Shown one piece after another: positions 1-10,862 of a DNA stretch of 64,000 bases. The stretch's first letter is position 1, and the number at the start of each line of letters is the position of its first letter. The DNA is from Actinomycetes bacterium. GTDB taxonomy: Bacteria > Actinomycetota > Actinomycetes > S36-B12. The DNA is taken from NCBI GenBank assembly GCA_024639145.1, contig JAHEIZ010000002.1, forward strand, positions 155,027-219,026. Reading direction: 5' to 3'. Below the pieces are notes generated by a model, which made no database searches, was not told where the DNA came from, and saw nothing but the letters and a program-made list of their open reading frames with translations. The translations under genes and the position numbers were made by a program.

Positions 1-1274
1 GGCAGGAAGCGGAACACGTTTCCGTAGGTGCCGGTGGTCAGCGTGATCACGCCGTTCTCGTGGCAGAACTTGTTCAGTGCCGCTGCGCGAGCCGCATCGG
101 GTTCGATGCTGCCCGGCCTGACCAACTCGATCGCGATCATCGCGCCACGGCCACGGATCTCGCCGATAGTCGGATGTGCCGACTGAATCTCACGTAGGCG
201 CGGGACCATGATTGCCTCGATCTCGCGAGCTCGCGCATTGGCGTCGGTCTCCTCCATCCAGCGGATGGCGCCGAGCGCGCCGGCGCAGGCCACGGGATTT
301 CCGCCGTAGGTACCACCGAGTCCGCCGGCGTGAACGGAGTCCATGATCTCGGCGCGGCCGGTGAGCCCTGCGAGAGGCATGCCGCCCGCGATGCCCTTGG
401 CCGTGGTGATCAGGTCGGGAACGACACCCTCATGCTCGCTTGCGAACCAATTGCCGGTGCGGCAGAAGCCGCTTTGGATCTCGTCAGCGATGAAGACGAT
501 GCCGTTGTCCTTCGCGAAATTCGCCATTGCGGCGAAGTAGCCCTTGCCGGGAACGATGAATCCGCCCTCTCCCTGGACAGGCTCGATCATGATGGCTGCG
601 ACATTGTGCGCACCGATCTCCTTCTCGATGCGCGTGGTGGCGATGGTGGCCATCTCCTCACCCGTGAGTCCGCGGTCGCGGTAGGGGTAGGACGCGGGGA
701 CGCGGTAGATCTCAGGAGCGAAGGGACCGAAGCCTTCCTTGTACGGCATGTTCTTGGCAGTCATGCCCATCGTCAGGTTGGTGCGCCCGTGGTACCCGTG
801 CTCGACGACGACGACAGCAGTGCGCTTGGTGTAGACACGAGCGACCTTGACCGCGTTCTCGACGGCTTCCGCACCGGAATTGAACAGTGCGGAGCGCTTC
901 TCGTGGCTGCCGGGGGTGAGTCGATTGAGTGCCTCGCACACCTCGACGTAGCCGGAGTACGGAGTCACCATGAAGCAGGTGTGCGTGAGCTTGGCCGCCT
1001 GCTCGGCGACATTCTCGGACACGTAGGGATTGGCGTTGCCGACGGTGGTGACTGCGATCCCGGAGCCGAGGTCAATGAGGGAGTTGCCGTCGACGTCGAT
1101 CAGGATCCCGCCGCCCGCCCGATCGATGTACACCGGCAAGGTCACGCCGACTCCGCCGGAGACTGCCGAGTTCTTGCGTGCCTGAAGCGCGGCAGAGGCA
1201 GGGCCGGGAATCGACGTGACGAGCTTGCGCTCCTGGGCGATGCCGTTGTCGGTGCGCTCGGGCGTGATGGTCAT
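1..1274 (-). CDS. gabT: 4-aminobutyrate--2-oxoglutarate transaminase (class III PLP aminotransferase), 3' end runs off the window
   Basis: Read manually on - strand from ATG at 1274 (SD AGGAGG at 1284-1279): [25 protein letters not shown]...[21 protein letters not shown]...[13 protein letters not shown]...YHGRT...[14 protein letters not shown]...[11 protein letters not shown]...GGTYGGNP. Missing from the ORF track because no stop lies in the window. Confidence 0.92.
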   Translation of the reverse strand, partial: MTITPERTDNGIAQERKLVTSIPGPASAALQARKNSAVSGGVGVTLPVYIDRAGGGILIDVDGNSLIDLGSGIAVTTVGNANPYVSENVAEQAAKLTHTCFMVTPYSGYVEVCEALNRLTPGSHEKRSALFNSGAEAVENAVKVARVYTKRTAVVVVEHGYHGRTNLTMGMTAKNMPYKEGFGPFAPEIYRVPASYPYRDRGLTGEEMATIATTRIEKEIGAHNVAAIMIEPVQGEGGFIVPGKGYFAAMANFAKDNGIVFIADEIQSGFCRTGNWFASEHEGVVPDLITTAKGIAGGMPLAGLTGRAEIMDSVHAGGLGGTYGGNPVACAGALGAIRWMEETDANARAREIEAIMVPRLREIQSAHPTIGEIRGRGAMIAIELVRPGSIEPDAARAAALNKFCHENGVITLTTGTYGNVFRFL

Positions 1275-1314
1275 GGTTCCTCCTGGAAGCCGGTCCTCGT
1301 CGGGTGACCCGCCC

Positions 1315-1386
1315 AGCCTAGGTCGCCTCCTTGCCACTGCGAGGTCCATCGTGGAGTATTTGTTGTTCCCTGCTATCCGAGATGTT
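1315..1386 (-). promoter_or_regulatory. gabT promoter (-10 TAGGCT at 1320-1315) with candidate PucR-family operator boxes
   Basis: TCC-N5-GGA box at 1345-1355 and a half box at 1376-1378, with the same spacing to the -10 as in the aldehyde dehydrogenase promoter. Confidence 0.55.
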
Positions 1387-1398
1387 GAATGAGGTCCG

Positions 1399-2901
1399 AT
1401 GTCGCTGACTGTTCGCGAACTCCTCGCCATTCGCGACCTCGGCCTCGCCCCGGCCACCAGGTCTGGGGATCTCGAGCGCGTGGTCAGCTGGGTGGCGGTC
1501 AGCGAGTTGGCCGATCCGAGCCCATGGCTCGAAGGCGGGGAGTTCTTGCTGACGACTGGAATGCGCCTGAGCGTCGACTCCTCGGCATGCGTGGAATACG
1601 TCGGTCACCTCGTGGCAGCCGGAGTGAGCGCCCTCGGATTCGGAATTGGCCTCAGCCATGCCGAGATTCCTGCTGAACTGATCGCCGCGGCAGAAGCCCA
1701 GGGCATCACCGTAATCTCCGTGCCGGAGCCGGTGCCCTTCGTCGCCATCACTCGTGCGGTGTCGCAGTGGCTGAGTTCCAAGGATTACGAGGAGTCGGCA
1801 CGAGCATTTGCGACTCAGCGTGAGCTGATTCGCTCAGCGCTCACTGCGACAGGCGACACCTCGGCGATTCTCGGAGTGCTCGCGCGCCACGTCGACGGAT
1901 TCGCCATTCACCTGGACGCGCGTGGTACGGCACAGGCGGGCTCTCCCGTGGGCGCAGTTGGGCGTGCAGACGACTTCCGCGATGAGGTGGATCGACTCAG
2001 GCCTCGAGGACTCCTTGCATCATCCGCGATCTCGAGCGTGGATGAACATGTCGTGCTCGTGCCCTTGGGTATCCGAGGCTCGGCATTGGGATTCCTCGTC
2101 GTAGGCACTGCCCGACCCCTGCGCCCCATGGATCAAGCCGTGCTCAACCTGGCCGTCTCCCTGATCAGCTGGGCCCAGTCACGGCCGCTCGCGAACGCTG
2201 ATGAGCTGGCTACGCTTCGTGGATTCTTGCTCACGCGAGCTGAGAAGGAGTCGATCGGGATTCCTCTGTGGGCGGCCGTTGGGGTCACGGCGACCACTGT
2301 GCAGCTCGTGAGTGTGCGCTTGTCCGAGGGCGCCAGTGCCGGGGAGCGTGAGGCGGCATTCTCTGCCCTCTCGGGCGAGTCAGGTGCGCTCTGGGTGGAT
2401 CGCGGCAGCGCCGGCATCGTGGGCGTCATTCCGGCTGGTCGTACAGATGTACTCCTGGGCCTCGCTCCGCCTATTCGTGCAAGCGGAGTCTCGGCACCGT
2501 TCGAGTTGGGCGACCCCGTGCGCTTTCGCTCCGCACTCGAGCAGGCACAACGGGCCTCCCGGTCGGGAGTAGGGGTCGTGCTCTTCGATCGCTTATCGGG
2601 CCGCGGCTTCTCCTCCCTTGTCGACGCGGGGGCAGCGGCAGCCTGGTCGGCGGACTATGTCGCAGGTATCGCGTCTTCGCCGGAGTCGGGAGAGCTGCTG
2701 GCGACTGTTCGCGCATGGCTGGCGCATCACGGTCAGGTCGATGCGGCCGCAACCGAACTCGGGGTGCACCGACATACGGTGCGCCACCGGCTCCGCCGTG
2801 CCGAAGCCCTTCTCGAGAGGAGCTTCGATGACCCGGCAGTACGGGCCGATCTCTGGTTCGCCCTCGCGGGTCTCGACGATCAGGCGATCCAGAACGGATA
2901 G
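1399..2901 (+). CDS. PucR/CdaR-family transcriptional regulator
   Basis: N-terminal PucR domain (VSWVAVSELADPSPWLEGGEFLLTTG), C-terminal HTH (AATELGVHRHTVRHRLRRAE); divergent from gabT. Confidence 0.92.
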   Translation: MSLTVRELLAIRDLGLAPATRSGDLERVVSWVAVSELADPSPWLEGGEFLLTTGMRLSVDSSACVEYVGHLVAAGVSALGFGIGLSHAEIPAELIAAAEAQGITVISVPEPVPFVAITRAVSQWLSSKDYEESARAFATQRELIRSALTATGDTSAILGVLARHVDGFAIHLDARGTAQAGSPVGAVGRADDFRDEVDRLRPRGLLASSAISSVDEHVVLVPLGIRGSALGFLVVGTARPLRPMDQAVLNLAVSLISWAQSRPLANADELATLRGFLLTRAEKESIGIPLWAAVGVTATTVQLVSVRLSEGASAGEREAAFSALSGESGALWVDRGSAGIVGVIPAGRTDVLLGLAPPIRASGVSAPFELGDPVRFRSALEQAQRASRSGVGVVLFDRLSGRGFSSLVDAGAAAAWSADYVAGIASSPESGELLATVRAWLAHHGQVDAAATELGVHRHTVRHRLRRAEALLERSFDDPAVRADLWFALAGLDDQAIQNG

Positions 2902-2959
2902 GTCCATCACGTCTTCGCTCCGATTCGGAGTGGGATCCCGGCCCACGCGGTCATAGGTT
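2887..2959 (+). promoter_or_regulatory. Aldehyde dehydrogenase promoter (-10 TAGGTT 2954-2959, probably leaderless) with two TCC-N5-GGA boxes
   Basis: ATCCagaacGGAT 2887-2899 and CTCCgattcGGAG 2918-2930; ATG lies 6 nt after the -10. Confidence 0.55.
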
Positions 2960-2965
2960 GGTGCC

Positions 2966-4429
2966 ATGACTGCTACGAGCGCACCTACGCCCCGACATTG
3001 GCCCGCCTGGATCGCCGGCTCGGCCTGGGATCAGGGGGCTCCCGCCGAGGTGACTCACCCCGGAGACGGATCACTCGTGGGCACCTACTCCGTCCCCGAT
3101 GCTGCAGCGGTGGAGACCGCTATCGAGGCTGCCTGGAACGTACGGAAGGTGGCCCAGGCCACGACGGCGGCCCAGCGTGCTGCAGTGCTTACCCACGTCT
3201 CCCGTCGACTGGAGGAGCGCCTCGATGAGGTGGCCGCCCTCATCACAGCCGAGAACGGCAAGCCGATCACCTGGGCGCGCGCCGAGGCCTCGCGTGCTGT
3301 CTCGACCTTTCGATGGGCTGCAGAGGAGGCGCGTCGGTTCAACGGCGAATTCCAGCGTCTCGATACGGAGGCTGCGACCGCTGGTCGAGCGGCAATCATT
3401 CGTCGCTTCCCGCACGGCCCGGTGCTCGGTATCTCGCCCTTCAACTTCCCCGTGAATCTCGTCGCCCACAAGGTTGCGCCGGCGCTCGCCGTGGGCGCTC
3501 CCATCGTGATCAAGCCCGCCCCGGCGACCCCGCTCGGTGCGCTTCTCCTCGGCGAGCTCCTCGCTGAGACCGATCTCCCGGCCGGCATGTTCTCCGTGCT
3601 TCCGGTGGGCAATGAGGTCGCTCCCGCACTGGTCGATGATCCGCGGCTTCCGGTCGTGTCCTTCACTGGGTCCGAGACCGTGGGTTTCGCCATCCAGCGC
3701 GCGGTTCCGCACAAGCACGTGGTGCTAGAGCTCGGCGGAAACGCGGCCGCAATCGTGCTTGCCGACTACTCGAGTGATGCCGACATCGAATGGGCATGCC
3801 AGCGCATCGCGATGTTCGGGAATTCTCAAGGCGGACAGACCTGTGTGTCCGTTCAGCGGATCCTGGTCGAGGAATCCATTGCCGAGAAGTTCACGGCGCG
3901 CCTGACCGAGGTCGTGCGCAACCTTCCTAACGGCTCGCCGTGGGAGCCTGCGACAGTGGTCGGCCCGATGATTCACGAGGCAGCGGCAGAGCGGGTCGAA
4001 GAATGGCTGACCGAGGCCATTGATGCTGGCGCAACAGTGCTTGCCGGCGGCAAGCGCGAGGGCACCTACATCGAGCCCACCTTGCTCGCGCACGTTCCGG
4101 CGAACGTCCGGGTCGAGACCGAAGAGGTATTCGGTCCGGTCATGTCAGTGCGCGCCATCGCCGATCTCGACGAAGGTATTGCCATCGTCAACGATTCGCG
4201 TTTCGGCCTGCAAACCGGCGTGTTCACCCATGACATCCAGAAGGCGTTCCGTGCGCATCGCGACCTTGAGGTCGGTGGCGTGATCATCGGAGAGGCGCCG
4301 ACCTTCCGTGCCGATCAGATGCCCTATGGAGGTATCAAGGCCTCTGGTGTGGGCCGTGAGGGACTACGGTCCGCCATCATGGATCTCACACATGAGCGCG
4401 TGATGGTGCTGACCGACCTCGCTCTGTAA
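2966..4429 (+). CDS. Aldehyde dehydrogenase (possible succinate-semialdehyde dehydrogenase)
   Basis: ISPFNFP, FTGS, catalytic LELGGN, GQTCVS cysteine, EEVFGP, MPYGGIKASGVGREG. Confidence 0.9.
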   Translation: MTATSAPTPRHWPAWIAGSAWDQGAPAEVTHPGDGSLVGTYSVPDAAAVETAIEAAWNVRKVAQATTAAQRAAVLTHVSRRLEERLDEVAALITAENGKPITWARAEASRAVSTFRWAAEEARRFNGEFQRLDTEAATAGRAAIIRRFPHGPVLGISPFNFPVNLVAHKVAPALAVGAPIVIKPAPATPLGALLLGELLAETDLPAGMFSVLPVGNEVAPALVDDPRLPVVSFTGSETVGFAIQRAVPHKHVVLELGGNAAAIVLADYSSDADIEWACQRIAMFGNSQGGQTCVSVQRILVEESIAEKFTARLTEVVRNLPNGSPWEPATVVGPMIHEAAAERVEEWLTEAIDAGATVLAGGKREGTYIEPTLLAHVPANVRVETEEVFGPVMSVRAIADLDEGIAIVNDSRFGLQTGVFTHDIQKAFRAHRDLEVGGVIIGEAPTFRADQMPYGGIKASGVGREGLRSAIMDLTHERVMVLTDLAL

Positions 4430-4477
4430 TCGCATATGGTCGGGGGAGTACCTCGGCACTATGAGCGAAAGGCGCTG

Positions 4478-5686
4478 GTGAGTCGTCGCGTCGTCATTCT
4501 CGGGAGCACGGGTTCCATCGGGACCCAGGCTCTCGATATCGCTGCGCGCAATCCCGAGGCGTTCGACATAGTCGGTCTGAGTGCGGGCGGCACTGATGTC
4601 GGACTCCTCGCCCGGCAGGCGCTCGACTTCCGAGTAGAGGCAATCGCTGTCGCGAGAGCGTCAGCCGTGTCCGATCTTCAGTTGGCCCTCTATGCCGAGG
4701 CCCAGCAGCGCGGGTTCTCCACGGGTCAGTTCGAGTTGCCGAAGATTCTCGCGGGTCCTGACTCGGCGAGTGAGCTGGCCGGCTGGCCATGCGATGTCGT
4801 GCTCAACGGGATCGCCGGCGCTGCCGGCCTGGTACCGACGCTCGAGGCACTGCGCGCAGATCGCATGCTGGCGCTCGCCAACAAGGAATCCCTGATCATC
4901 GGCGGTCCGCTAGTGAAGGCCCTCGCCCGGCCCGACCAGATCGTGGCCGTTGACTCCGAGCATTCGGCTCTCGCCCAGTCGCTGCGTTCTGGCACGGCTC
5001 GGGAAGTGCGACGCCTGGTTCTCACCGCGAGCGGCGGGCCATTCCGGGGCAAGACTCGTGCGCAGCTCGCCGACGTCACTCCGGCGCAGGCGTTGAAGCA
5101 CCCGACATGGGCCATGGGCCCCCTCGTCACGATCAATTCCGCCACGTTGATGAACAAGGGTCTTGAGGTCATCGAAGCGCATCTGCTCTTCGACATCGAT
5201 TTCGATGCGATCGATGTCGTCGTGCACCCCCAATCCGTCGTTCACTCGATGGTCGAGTACGTCGATGGCTCGACCATCGCCCAGGCGAGCCCGCCTGACA
5301 TGCGACTTCCGATCGCACTCGGGATGTCCTGGCCTGACCGCGTTCCCGGGGCGGCCCACCCCTGTGACTGGACTTCCGCGACCGCCTGGGAGTTCTTCCC
5401 GCTCGATGAGGAGGCCTTTCCGGCAGTAGGTCTGGCCCGACGGGCCGGCAGCGCCGGCGGCACCGCGCCCGCAGTGTTCAACGGAGCCGATGAGGCGTGC
5501 GTCGAGGCCTTCCTCGCCGGCCGCATTCCCTTCACGTCGATCGTCGACACGGTCGATCGAGTGCTGCAGGAGCACCTCGCTGTCGGCAGCGGGGAATGGG
5601 TTCCCGGGAACTCCGTCACCCTCGACGACGTCTTACATGCGGATGCCTGGGCACGCGCTCGGGCCGCGGAGATCTCGGGGAGCTGA
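4478..5686 (+). CDS. dxr: 1-deoxy-D-xylulose-5-phosphate reductoisomerase
   Basis: [51 protein letters not shown]; GTG start at 4478 preferred. Confidence 0.97.
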   Translation: MSRRVVILGSTGSIGTQALDIAARNPEAFDIVGLSAGGTDVGLLARQALDFRVEAIAVARASAVSDLQLALYAEAQQRGFSTGQFELPKILAGPDSASELAGWPCDVVLNGIAGAAGLVPTLEALRADRMLALANKESLIIGGPLVKALARPDQIVAVDSEHSALAQSLRSGTAREVRRLVLTASGGPFRGKTRAQLADVTPAQALKHPTWAMGPLVTINSATLMNKGLEVIEAHLLFDIDFDAIDVVVHPQSVVHSMVEYVDGSTIAQASPPDMRLPIALGMSWPDRVPGAAHPCDWTSATAWEFFPLDEEAFPAVGLARRAGSAGGTAPAVFNGADEACVEAFLAGRIPFTSIVDTVDRVLQEHLAVGSGEWVPGNSVTLDDVLHADAWARARAAEISGS

Positions 5687-5687
5687 C

Positions 5688-7010
5688 ATGCTGCAAGTCA
5701 TCGGCATCCTGCTCTTCGTCATCGTGATCGGCGGATCGATCGCCCTTCATGAACTCGGGCACCTCATTCCTGCGAAGGCATTCGGGGTGCGGGTCTCGGA
5801 GTACATGATCGGCTTCGGTCCGACCCTGTGGTCACAGGTCAAGGGCGAGACTCGATACGGAATCAAGGCCGTGCCGCTGGGCGGCTACATTCGAATGATC
5901 GGAATGCTTCCGCCTGCTAAGGGTGATGCGGAAGGTACTGCGCGCCGGATGTCGACGGGGCGCTTCGCGATCATGGTGGCGGATGCGCGTCGAGCCTCGG
6001 TCGAGGAGATCGAGCCCGGTGACGAAAACCGTGTCTTCTACAAACTGCCCGTGCGCAAGCGAGTCACCATCATGCTCGGCGGTCCGACCATGAACCTGCT
6101 CCTCGCATTCATCCTCTTCTCGATCATGCTGGTGGGTATCGGCCTCCCTCAGCCCACTTTGACCATCTCGCGGGTCGTGCCCTGCACGCCAACTGCAGAG
6201 CAGCCGCTTGCCGCTCCGCTTCCGTCCGGCCAATGTCCGACGGGCTCGCTGACCGGCCCTGCCCAGGCAGCAGGACTGCTTCCCGGTGACACGGTCACGG
6301 CGGTTAATTCCACGCCCGTGAAATCCTGGGACGACATGACTGATTGGATCCGCGCGCACGGGGATCAAAGCGTGACCGTCACCGTTGATCGGGCGGGAAC
6401 ACCGATCGATCTGAGTATTGACGTCGCCACAGTCGAACGGCCTGAGTACGACGCCAATGGCGTCGCCACTGGTGCGACAGTGACATCCGGATTCATCGGC
6501 GTTTCCCCAGGCGTCGAATACGTCTCTGCTGGCTGGTCCTCGGTGCCCTCGTACATGTGGGACATCACCGTGGCATCGGTCAAGGGACTCCTCTCGCTTC
6601 CGGTACGCCTGTACGAACTCGTGAAGGACACCTTGATCGGCGGCCAGGATCGAGCGATTGATGGCCCGGTCAGTGTCGTGGGAGTGACTCGAATCGGCGG
6701 CGAGGTGGCCGCGATGGACCAGCCGTTGGTGGCGAAGGCGGCGACTTTTCTCGGGCTCGCTGCTTCGTTGAACCTGTTCCTCTTCCTGTTCAATCTGATT
6801 CCGGTGCTCCCGCTGGATGGCGGTCACGTAGCGGGAGCGTTGTACGAGGGAACCCGACGTCGTCTCGCTCGACTATTCGGACGGCCTGATCCGGGCCCCG
6901 TTGATGTCGCGCGCCTGCTGCCCGTTGCATATGTGGTGGCCGGGATCCTGCTGGCGATGGGCGTGATCGTGATCTGGGCCGACGTGGTGCGCCCGATCTC
7001 ACTCGGCTAG
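5688..7010 (+). CDS. rseP: Site-2 (M50) zinc metalloprotease with PDZ domain
   Basis: HELGH, PLGGYIRM, NLIPVLPLDGGH; located between dxr and ispG; ATG at 5688. Confidence 0.93.
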   Translation: MLQVIGILLFVIVIGGSIALHELGHLIPAKAFGVRVSEYMIGFGPTLWSQVKGETRYGIKAVPLGGYIRMIGMLPPAKGDAEGTARRMSTGRFAIMVADARRASVEEIEPGDENRVFYKLPVRKRVTIMLGGPTMNLLLAFILFSIMLVGIGLPQPTLTISRVVPCTPTAEQPLAAPLPSGQCPTGSLTGPAQAAGLLPGDTVTAVNSTPVKSWDDMTDWIRAHGDQSVTVTVDRAGTPIDLSIDVATVERPEYDANGVATGATVTSGFIGVSPGVEYVSAGWSSVPSYMWDITVASVKGLLSLPVRLYELVKDTLIGGQDRAIDGPVSVVGVTRIGGEVAAMDQPLVAKAATFLGLAASLNLFLFLFNLIPVLPLDGGHVAGALYEGTRRRLARLFGRPDPGPVDVARLLPVAYVVAGILLAMGVIVIWADVVRPISLG

Positions 7011-7046
7011 CGGGCCGCCGCGCGAACCTGAGGCCATAATGAGTGG

Positions 7047-8204
7047 GTGAGTATCGAACTCGGCATGCCCTCGACCCCAGCACCCACCATCGCTCCTCGG
7101 CGGGTGTCACGGCAGTTGCTGCTCAAGCATCCGACCCACCCTGTTCTCGTGGGCGGGGATGCCCCGGTCAGTGTGCAGTCGATGTGCACGACGCTCACCT
7201 CCGACGTGAACGCCACACTGCAGCAGATCGCGGAACTCACCGCGGCTGGCTGCCAGATTGTGCGCGTCGCGGTACCGAGCCAGGATGACGCAGATGCCCT
7301 GCCGGAGATCGCCCGTAAGTCGGGTATCCCGGTGATTGCCGATATCCACTTTCAGCCCAAGTACGTGTTCGCGGCCATTGATGCTGGTTGCGCTGCCGTG
7401 CGGGTGAATCCGGGCAACATCAAGCAGTTCGATGACAAGATCGCCGAGATCGCTCGCGCAGCGAAGGATGCCGGTACGCCGATTCGGATCGGTGTCAATG
7501 CGGGCTCACTGGATCCGCGGTTGCTGAAGAAGTACGGCAAGGCCACGCCCGAAGCGCTCGTTGAGTCAGCTCTCTGGGAAGCGTCATTGTTCGAGGAGCA
7601 CGACTTCCGCGACATCAAGATCTCGGTGAAGCACAACGATCCCGTCGTGATGGTCAAGGCCTACATGCAGCTTGCCGAGCAGTGCGACTACCCCTTGCAT
7701 CTCGGGGTGACCGAGGCAGGCCCGGCATTCCAGGGCACCATCAAGTCATCTGTCGCCTTCGGCGCACTCTTGTCTCGCGGTATCGGCGACACCATTCGGG
7801 TCTCTTTGTCTGCTCCGCCCGTCGAGGAAGTCAAGGTCGGCAATGCGATCCTGGAGTCCTTGAACCTTCGCAAGCGTGGCCTGGAGATCGTCTCCTGCCC
7901 CTCCTGCGGTCGTGCCCAGGTTGACGTCTACACCCTTGCCGAGCAGGTGACTGCAGGTCTCGAGGGCTTGGAAGTCCCTCTTCGCGTGGCCGTGATGGGG
8001 TGTGTCGTCAATGGCCCGGGCGAAGCGCGCGAGGCTGATCTTGGCGTGGCTTCGGGCAACGGCAAGGGGCAGATCTTCGTGCGCGGTGAGGTCATCAAGA
8101 CCGTGCCCGAGGCTCAGATCGTCGAGACCTTGATCGAGGAGGCCATGAAGCTGGCCGAGTCGATGGGCGATCTCGAAGGCACGCCCACCGTGACTGCCGG
8201 CTGA
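7047..8204 (+). CDS. ispG: (E)-4-hydroxy-3-methylbut-2-enyl-diphosphate synthase
   Basis: [53 protein letters not shown]. Confidence 0.98.
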   Translation: MSIELGMPSTPAPTIAPRRVSRQLLLKHPTHPVLVGGDAPVSVQSMCTTLTSDVNATLQQIAELTAAGCQIVRVAVPSQDDADALPEIARKSGIPVIADIHFQPKYVFAAIDAGCAAVRVNPGNIKQFDDKIAEIARAAKDAGTPIRIGVNAGSLDPRLLKKYGKATPEALVESALWEASLFEEHDFRDIKISVKHNDPVVMVKAYMQLAEQCDYPLHLGVTEAGPAFQGTIKSSVAFGALLSRGIGDTIRVSLSAPPVEEVKVGNAILESLNLRKRGLEIVSCPSCGRAQVDVYTLAEQVTAGLEGLEVPLRVAVMGCVVNGPGEAREADLGVASGNGKGQIFVRGEVIKTVPEAQIVETLIEEAMKLAESMGDLEGTPTVTAG

Positions 8205-8206
8205 TC

Positions 8207-9043
8207 ATGGGGCGCATTCGCGCGCTGACCTCGGTTGATGTCTCTGCGGCGCGTGAGCTTCTCTCTCGCGATCCTGTCTCGTACTGCTTCGTCGACTCGC
8301 GTGTGCGCTCGGCCGGAGTAGATCCGTGGCGCCTGGGTGGGGAGATGTGGGGTTACGTGGACGACCACGACGCACTGGTGTCTCTCCTGTACATCGGTGC
8401 GAACCTGGTTCCCGTCGCCACGACCCCGGCTTCGAGAGCCGCATTCGCGGATCGGCTTCGCCAGACAGGTCGACGCTCGTCGTCGATTGTCGGGGTCGCC
8501 GAAGAGGTGCTCGACCTCTGGAGAATCCTCGAGCCCTCCTGGGGTCCATGTCGCGAACTACGTGATCGCCAGCCGCTTCTCGTCATGGACACTGATCCGA
8601 TCGTCGACGCTGACCCCGAGGTGCGTTTCATCGGCATTGACGAGCTCGATGCGCTGGTTCCCGCATGCATCGAGATGTTCACTCAGGAGGTAGGCGTCTC
8701 ACCTGTGGCCGGTGGTGGGGGAATGGCGTACCGATCACGCATTGCCGAACTCGTGCGTTCGAGCAGGTCGTTGGGTCGAATCGAGAACGGCGTAGTCGTG
8801 TTCAAGGCCGAGATCGGGACAGCGACTCCGTTGGTCTGCCAGGTGCAGGGGGTCTGGGTCGATCCGGGCATGCGCGGTCGCGGAATCTCGGTGCCGGCAA
8901 TGGCAGCCACGGTTCGACTCGCACGCATGCATATCGCCCCTGTCGTGAGCCTGTACGTGAATGATTTCAACACCGTGGCCAGGCGAACATATGAGTCGTG
9001 CGGGTTCAGGCAGCACGAGACTTTCGCGACCGTGCTCTTCTAG
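8207..9043 (+). CDS. GNAT-family acetyltransferase (DUF4081-type N-terminus)
   Basis: [15 protein letters not shown] acetyl-CoA loop, [20 protein letters not shown]; usual actinobacterial position ispG-X-proS. Confidence 0.85.
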   Translation: MGRIRALTSVDVSAARELLSRDPVSYCFVDSRVRSAGVDPWRLGGEMWGYVDDHDALVSLLYIGANLVPVATTPASRAAFADRLRQTGRRSSSIVGVAEEVLDLWRILEPSWGPCRELRDRQPLLVMDTDPIVDADPEVRFIGIDELDALVPACIEMFTQEVGVSPVAGGGGMAYRSRIAELVRSSRSLGRIENGVVVFKAEIGTATPLVCQVQGVWVDPGMRGRGISVPAMAATVRLARMHIAPVVSLYVNDFNTVARRTYESCGFRQHETFATVLF

Positions 9044-9092
9044 CTCGATCCTTCGGCCCGATATCCTCCACGGACCCGACAAAGGAGCACAC

Positions 9093-10862
9093 GTGATCAC
9101 CCGGATGTCCAGCCTCTTCCTGCGCACCCTTCGCGAGGACCCGGCCGACGCCGAGGTACCGAGCCACCGTTTCCTGGTGCGTGCGGGCTATGTGCGTCGT
9201 GTTGCCCCGGGTATCTTCTCCTGGCTGCCCCTCGGATATGAGGTCTACCGGAATGTCGAGCGCATCGTGCGCGAGGAGATGAACGGCGCGGGTTTCCAGG
9301 AAGTCCATTTCCCGGCCCTGCTGCCGCGCGAGGCATACGAGGCCACCGGCCGCTGGAATGAATACGGCGACACTTTGTTCCGCCTCCAGGATCGAAAGAA
9401 TGCCGACTACCTCCTCGGGCCGACCCATGAGGAGATGTTCACCCTCATGGTCAAGGGGGAGTACTCGTCCTACAAGGATCTCCCCGTCACGCTCTACCAG
9501 ATTCAGACGAAGTACCGCGATGAGGCACGTCCGCGCGCGGGCATCCTGCGTGGCCGCGAGTTCGTGATGAAGGACTCCTACTCCTTCGATCTCGACGATG
9601 CCGGACTGGAAGCTTCCTACGCCCGTCATCGTCAGGCGTACATCGATACCTTTACTCGACTTGGCCTCGAGTTCGTGATCGTCTCGGCGATGTCAGGTGC
9701 GATGGGCGGCTCGGCCAGCGAGGAGTTCCTCGCCCCGACCGTCGTCGGCGAGGACTCCTTCGTCCGCTGCACGTCGTGCGATTACGCCGCGAACGTCGAG
9801 GCGGTCACCACTCCGGTGCCTGCGTCGATGGATTTCGCCGCCCTGCCGACCTCCCATGTCGAGTCGACTCCGAATGCCGCGTCCATCGAGGATCTCGTGG
9901 CGCTGTCGAACTCCGAGGATTCCCTTCGGCGTGCAGGCCGCGACTGGGTGGGCTCCGACACGCTGAAGGTCGTTGTCTTCATGGTGACTGACTCCGAGGG
10001 CACGCAGAAGCCGCTTGCTATCGGACTTCCCGGTGATCGAGAGGTAGATGCGAAGCGACTCGAAGCCGTGCTGCACCCCCGTGAAGCGCGTCCGTTCGAG
10101 GACGCCGATTTCGCCAAGCACCCTGCCCTCGTCAAGGGCTACATCGGTCCGGGAGTACTCGGCCTGGCAAAGCCTGCCGGAATTGAATTCCTCGTCGATC
10201 CGCGTATTGTCGAAGGAAGCTCATGGATCTCCGGTGCGGATCACGTCGGCACTCACGTGTATGACCTCGTGGCAGGTCGCGATTTCACCGCAGATGGGAC
10301 CATCGAGGTTGCCGAGATTCGCGAAGGCGATCTCTGTCCGGAGTGCGGCGGTGCGCTCTCGCTTGCGCGGGGGATCGAGATCGGCCACATCTTCCAGCTC
10401 GGACGCAAGTATGCCGAGGCAATGGGGCTGAAAGTCCAAGGTGAGACCGGCGACCTGGTCACGGTAACGATGGGCTCGTACGGCATCGGCGTCTCTCGCG
10501 CGGTGGCGGCGATTGCCGAGCAGTCGCATGATGACAAGGGTCTCATGTGGCCTCGCGAAGTGGCACCTGCAGATGTGCACCTGATCGCGACGGGCAAGAC
10601 CGATGAGCCTTTCGATTACGCCGATCAGCTTGCGACCGATCTCGAGGGCAGGGGAGTGCGCGTGCTGCTCGATGATCGACGCGGCGTCTCGCCGGGAGTG
10701 AAATTCAATGACTCCGAGCTCATCGGCATTCCGACCATCGTCGTGGTGGGCAAGCGCCTTCCCGAGGGCTTTATCGAGGTCAAGGACAGGTCGACGGGCG
10801 AGCGTGTCGATATCGCCATCTCCGACGCAGTCGGCGAGATCAGTGCGATCTGCGGAAGGTGA
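9093..10862 (+). CDS. proS: Proline--tRNA ligase
   Basis: [59 protein letters not shown]; SD AAAGGAG before GTG 9093. Confidence 0.98.
   Translation: MITRMSSLFLRTLREDPADAEVPSHRFLVRAGYVRRVAPGIFSWLPLGYEVYRNVERIVREEMNGAGFQEVHFPALLPREAYEATGRWNEYGDTLFRLQDRKNADYLLGPTHEEMFTLMVKGEYSSYKDLPVTLYQIQTKYRDEARPRAGILRGREFVMKDSYSFDLDDAGLEASYARHRQAYIDTFTRLGLEFVIVSAMSGAMGGSASEEFLAPTVVGEDSFVRCTSCDYAANVEAVTTPVPASMDFAALPTSHVESTPNAASIEDLVALSNSEDSLRRAGRDWVGSDTLKVVVFMVTDSEGTQKPLAIGLPGDREVDAKRLEAVLHPREARPFEDADFAKHPALVKGYIGPGVLGLAKPAGIEFLVDPRIVEGSSWISGADHVGTHVYDLVAGRDFTADGTIEVAEIREGDLCPECGGALSLARGIEIGHIFQLGRKYAEAMGLKVQGETGDLVTVTMGSYGIGVSRAVAAIAEQSHDDKGLMWPREVAPADVHLIATGKTDEPFDYADQLATDLEGRGVRVLLDDRRGVSPGVKFNDSELIGIPTIVVVGKRLPEGFIEVKDRSTGERVDIAISDAVGEISAICGR

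Noticed and set aside
330-1307. 325-aa + strand ORF
   Set aside because: Antisense shadow of gabT, which has clear motifs and an SD on the - strand.
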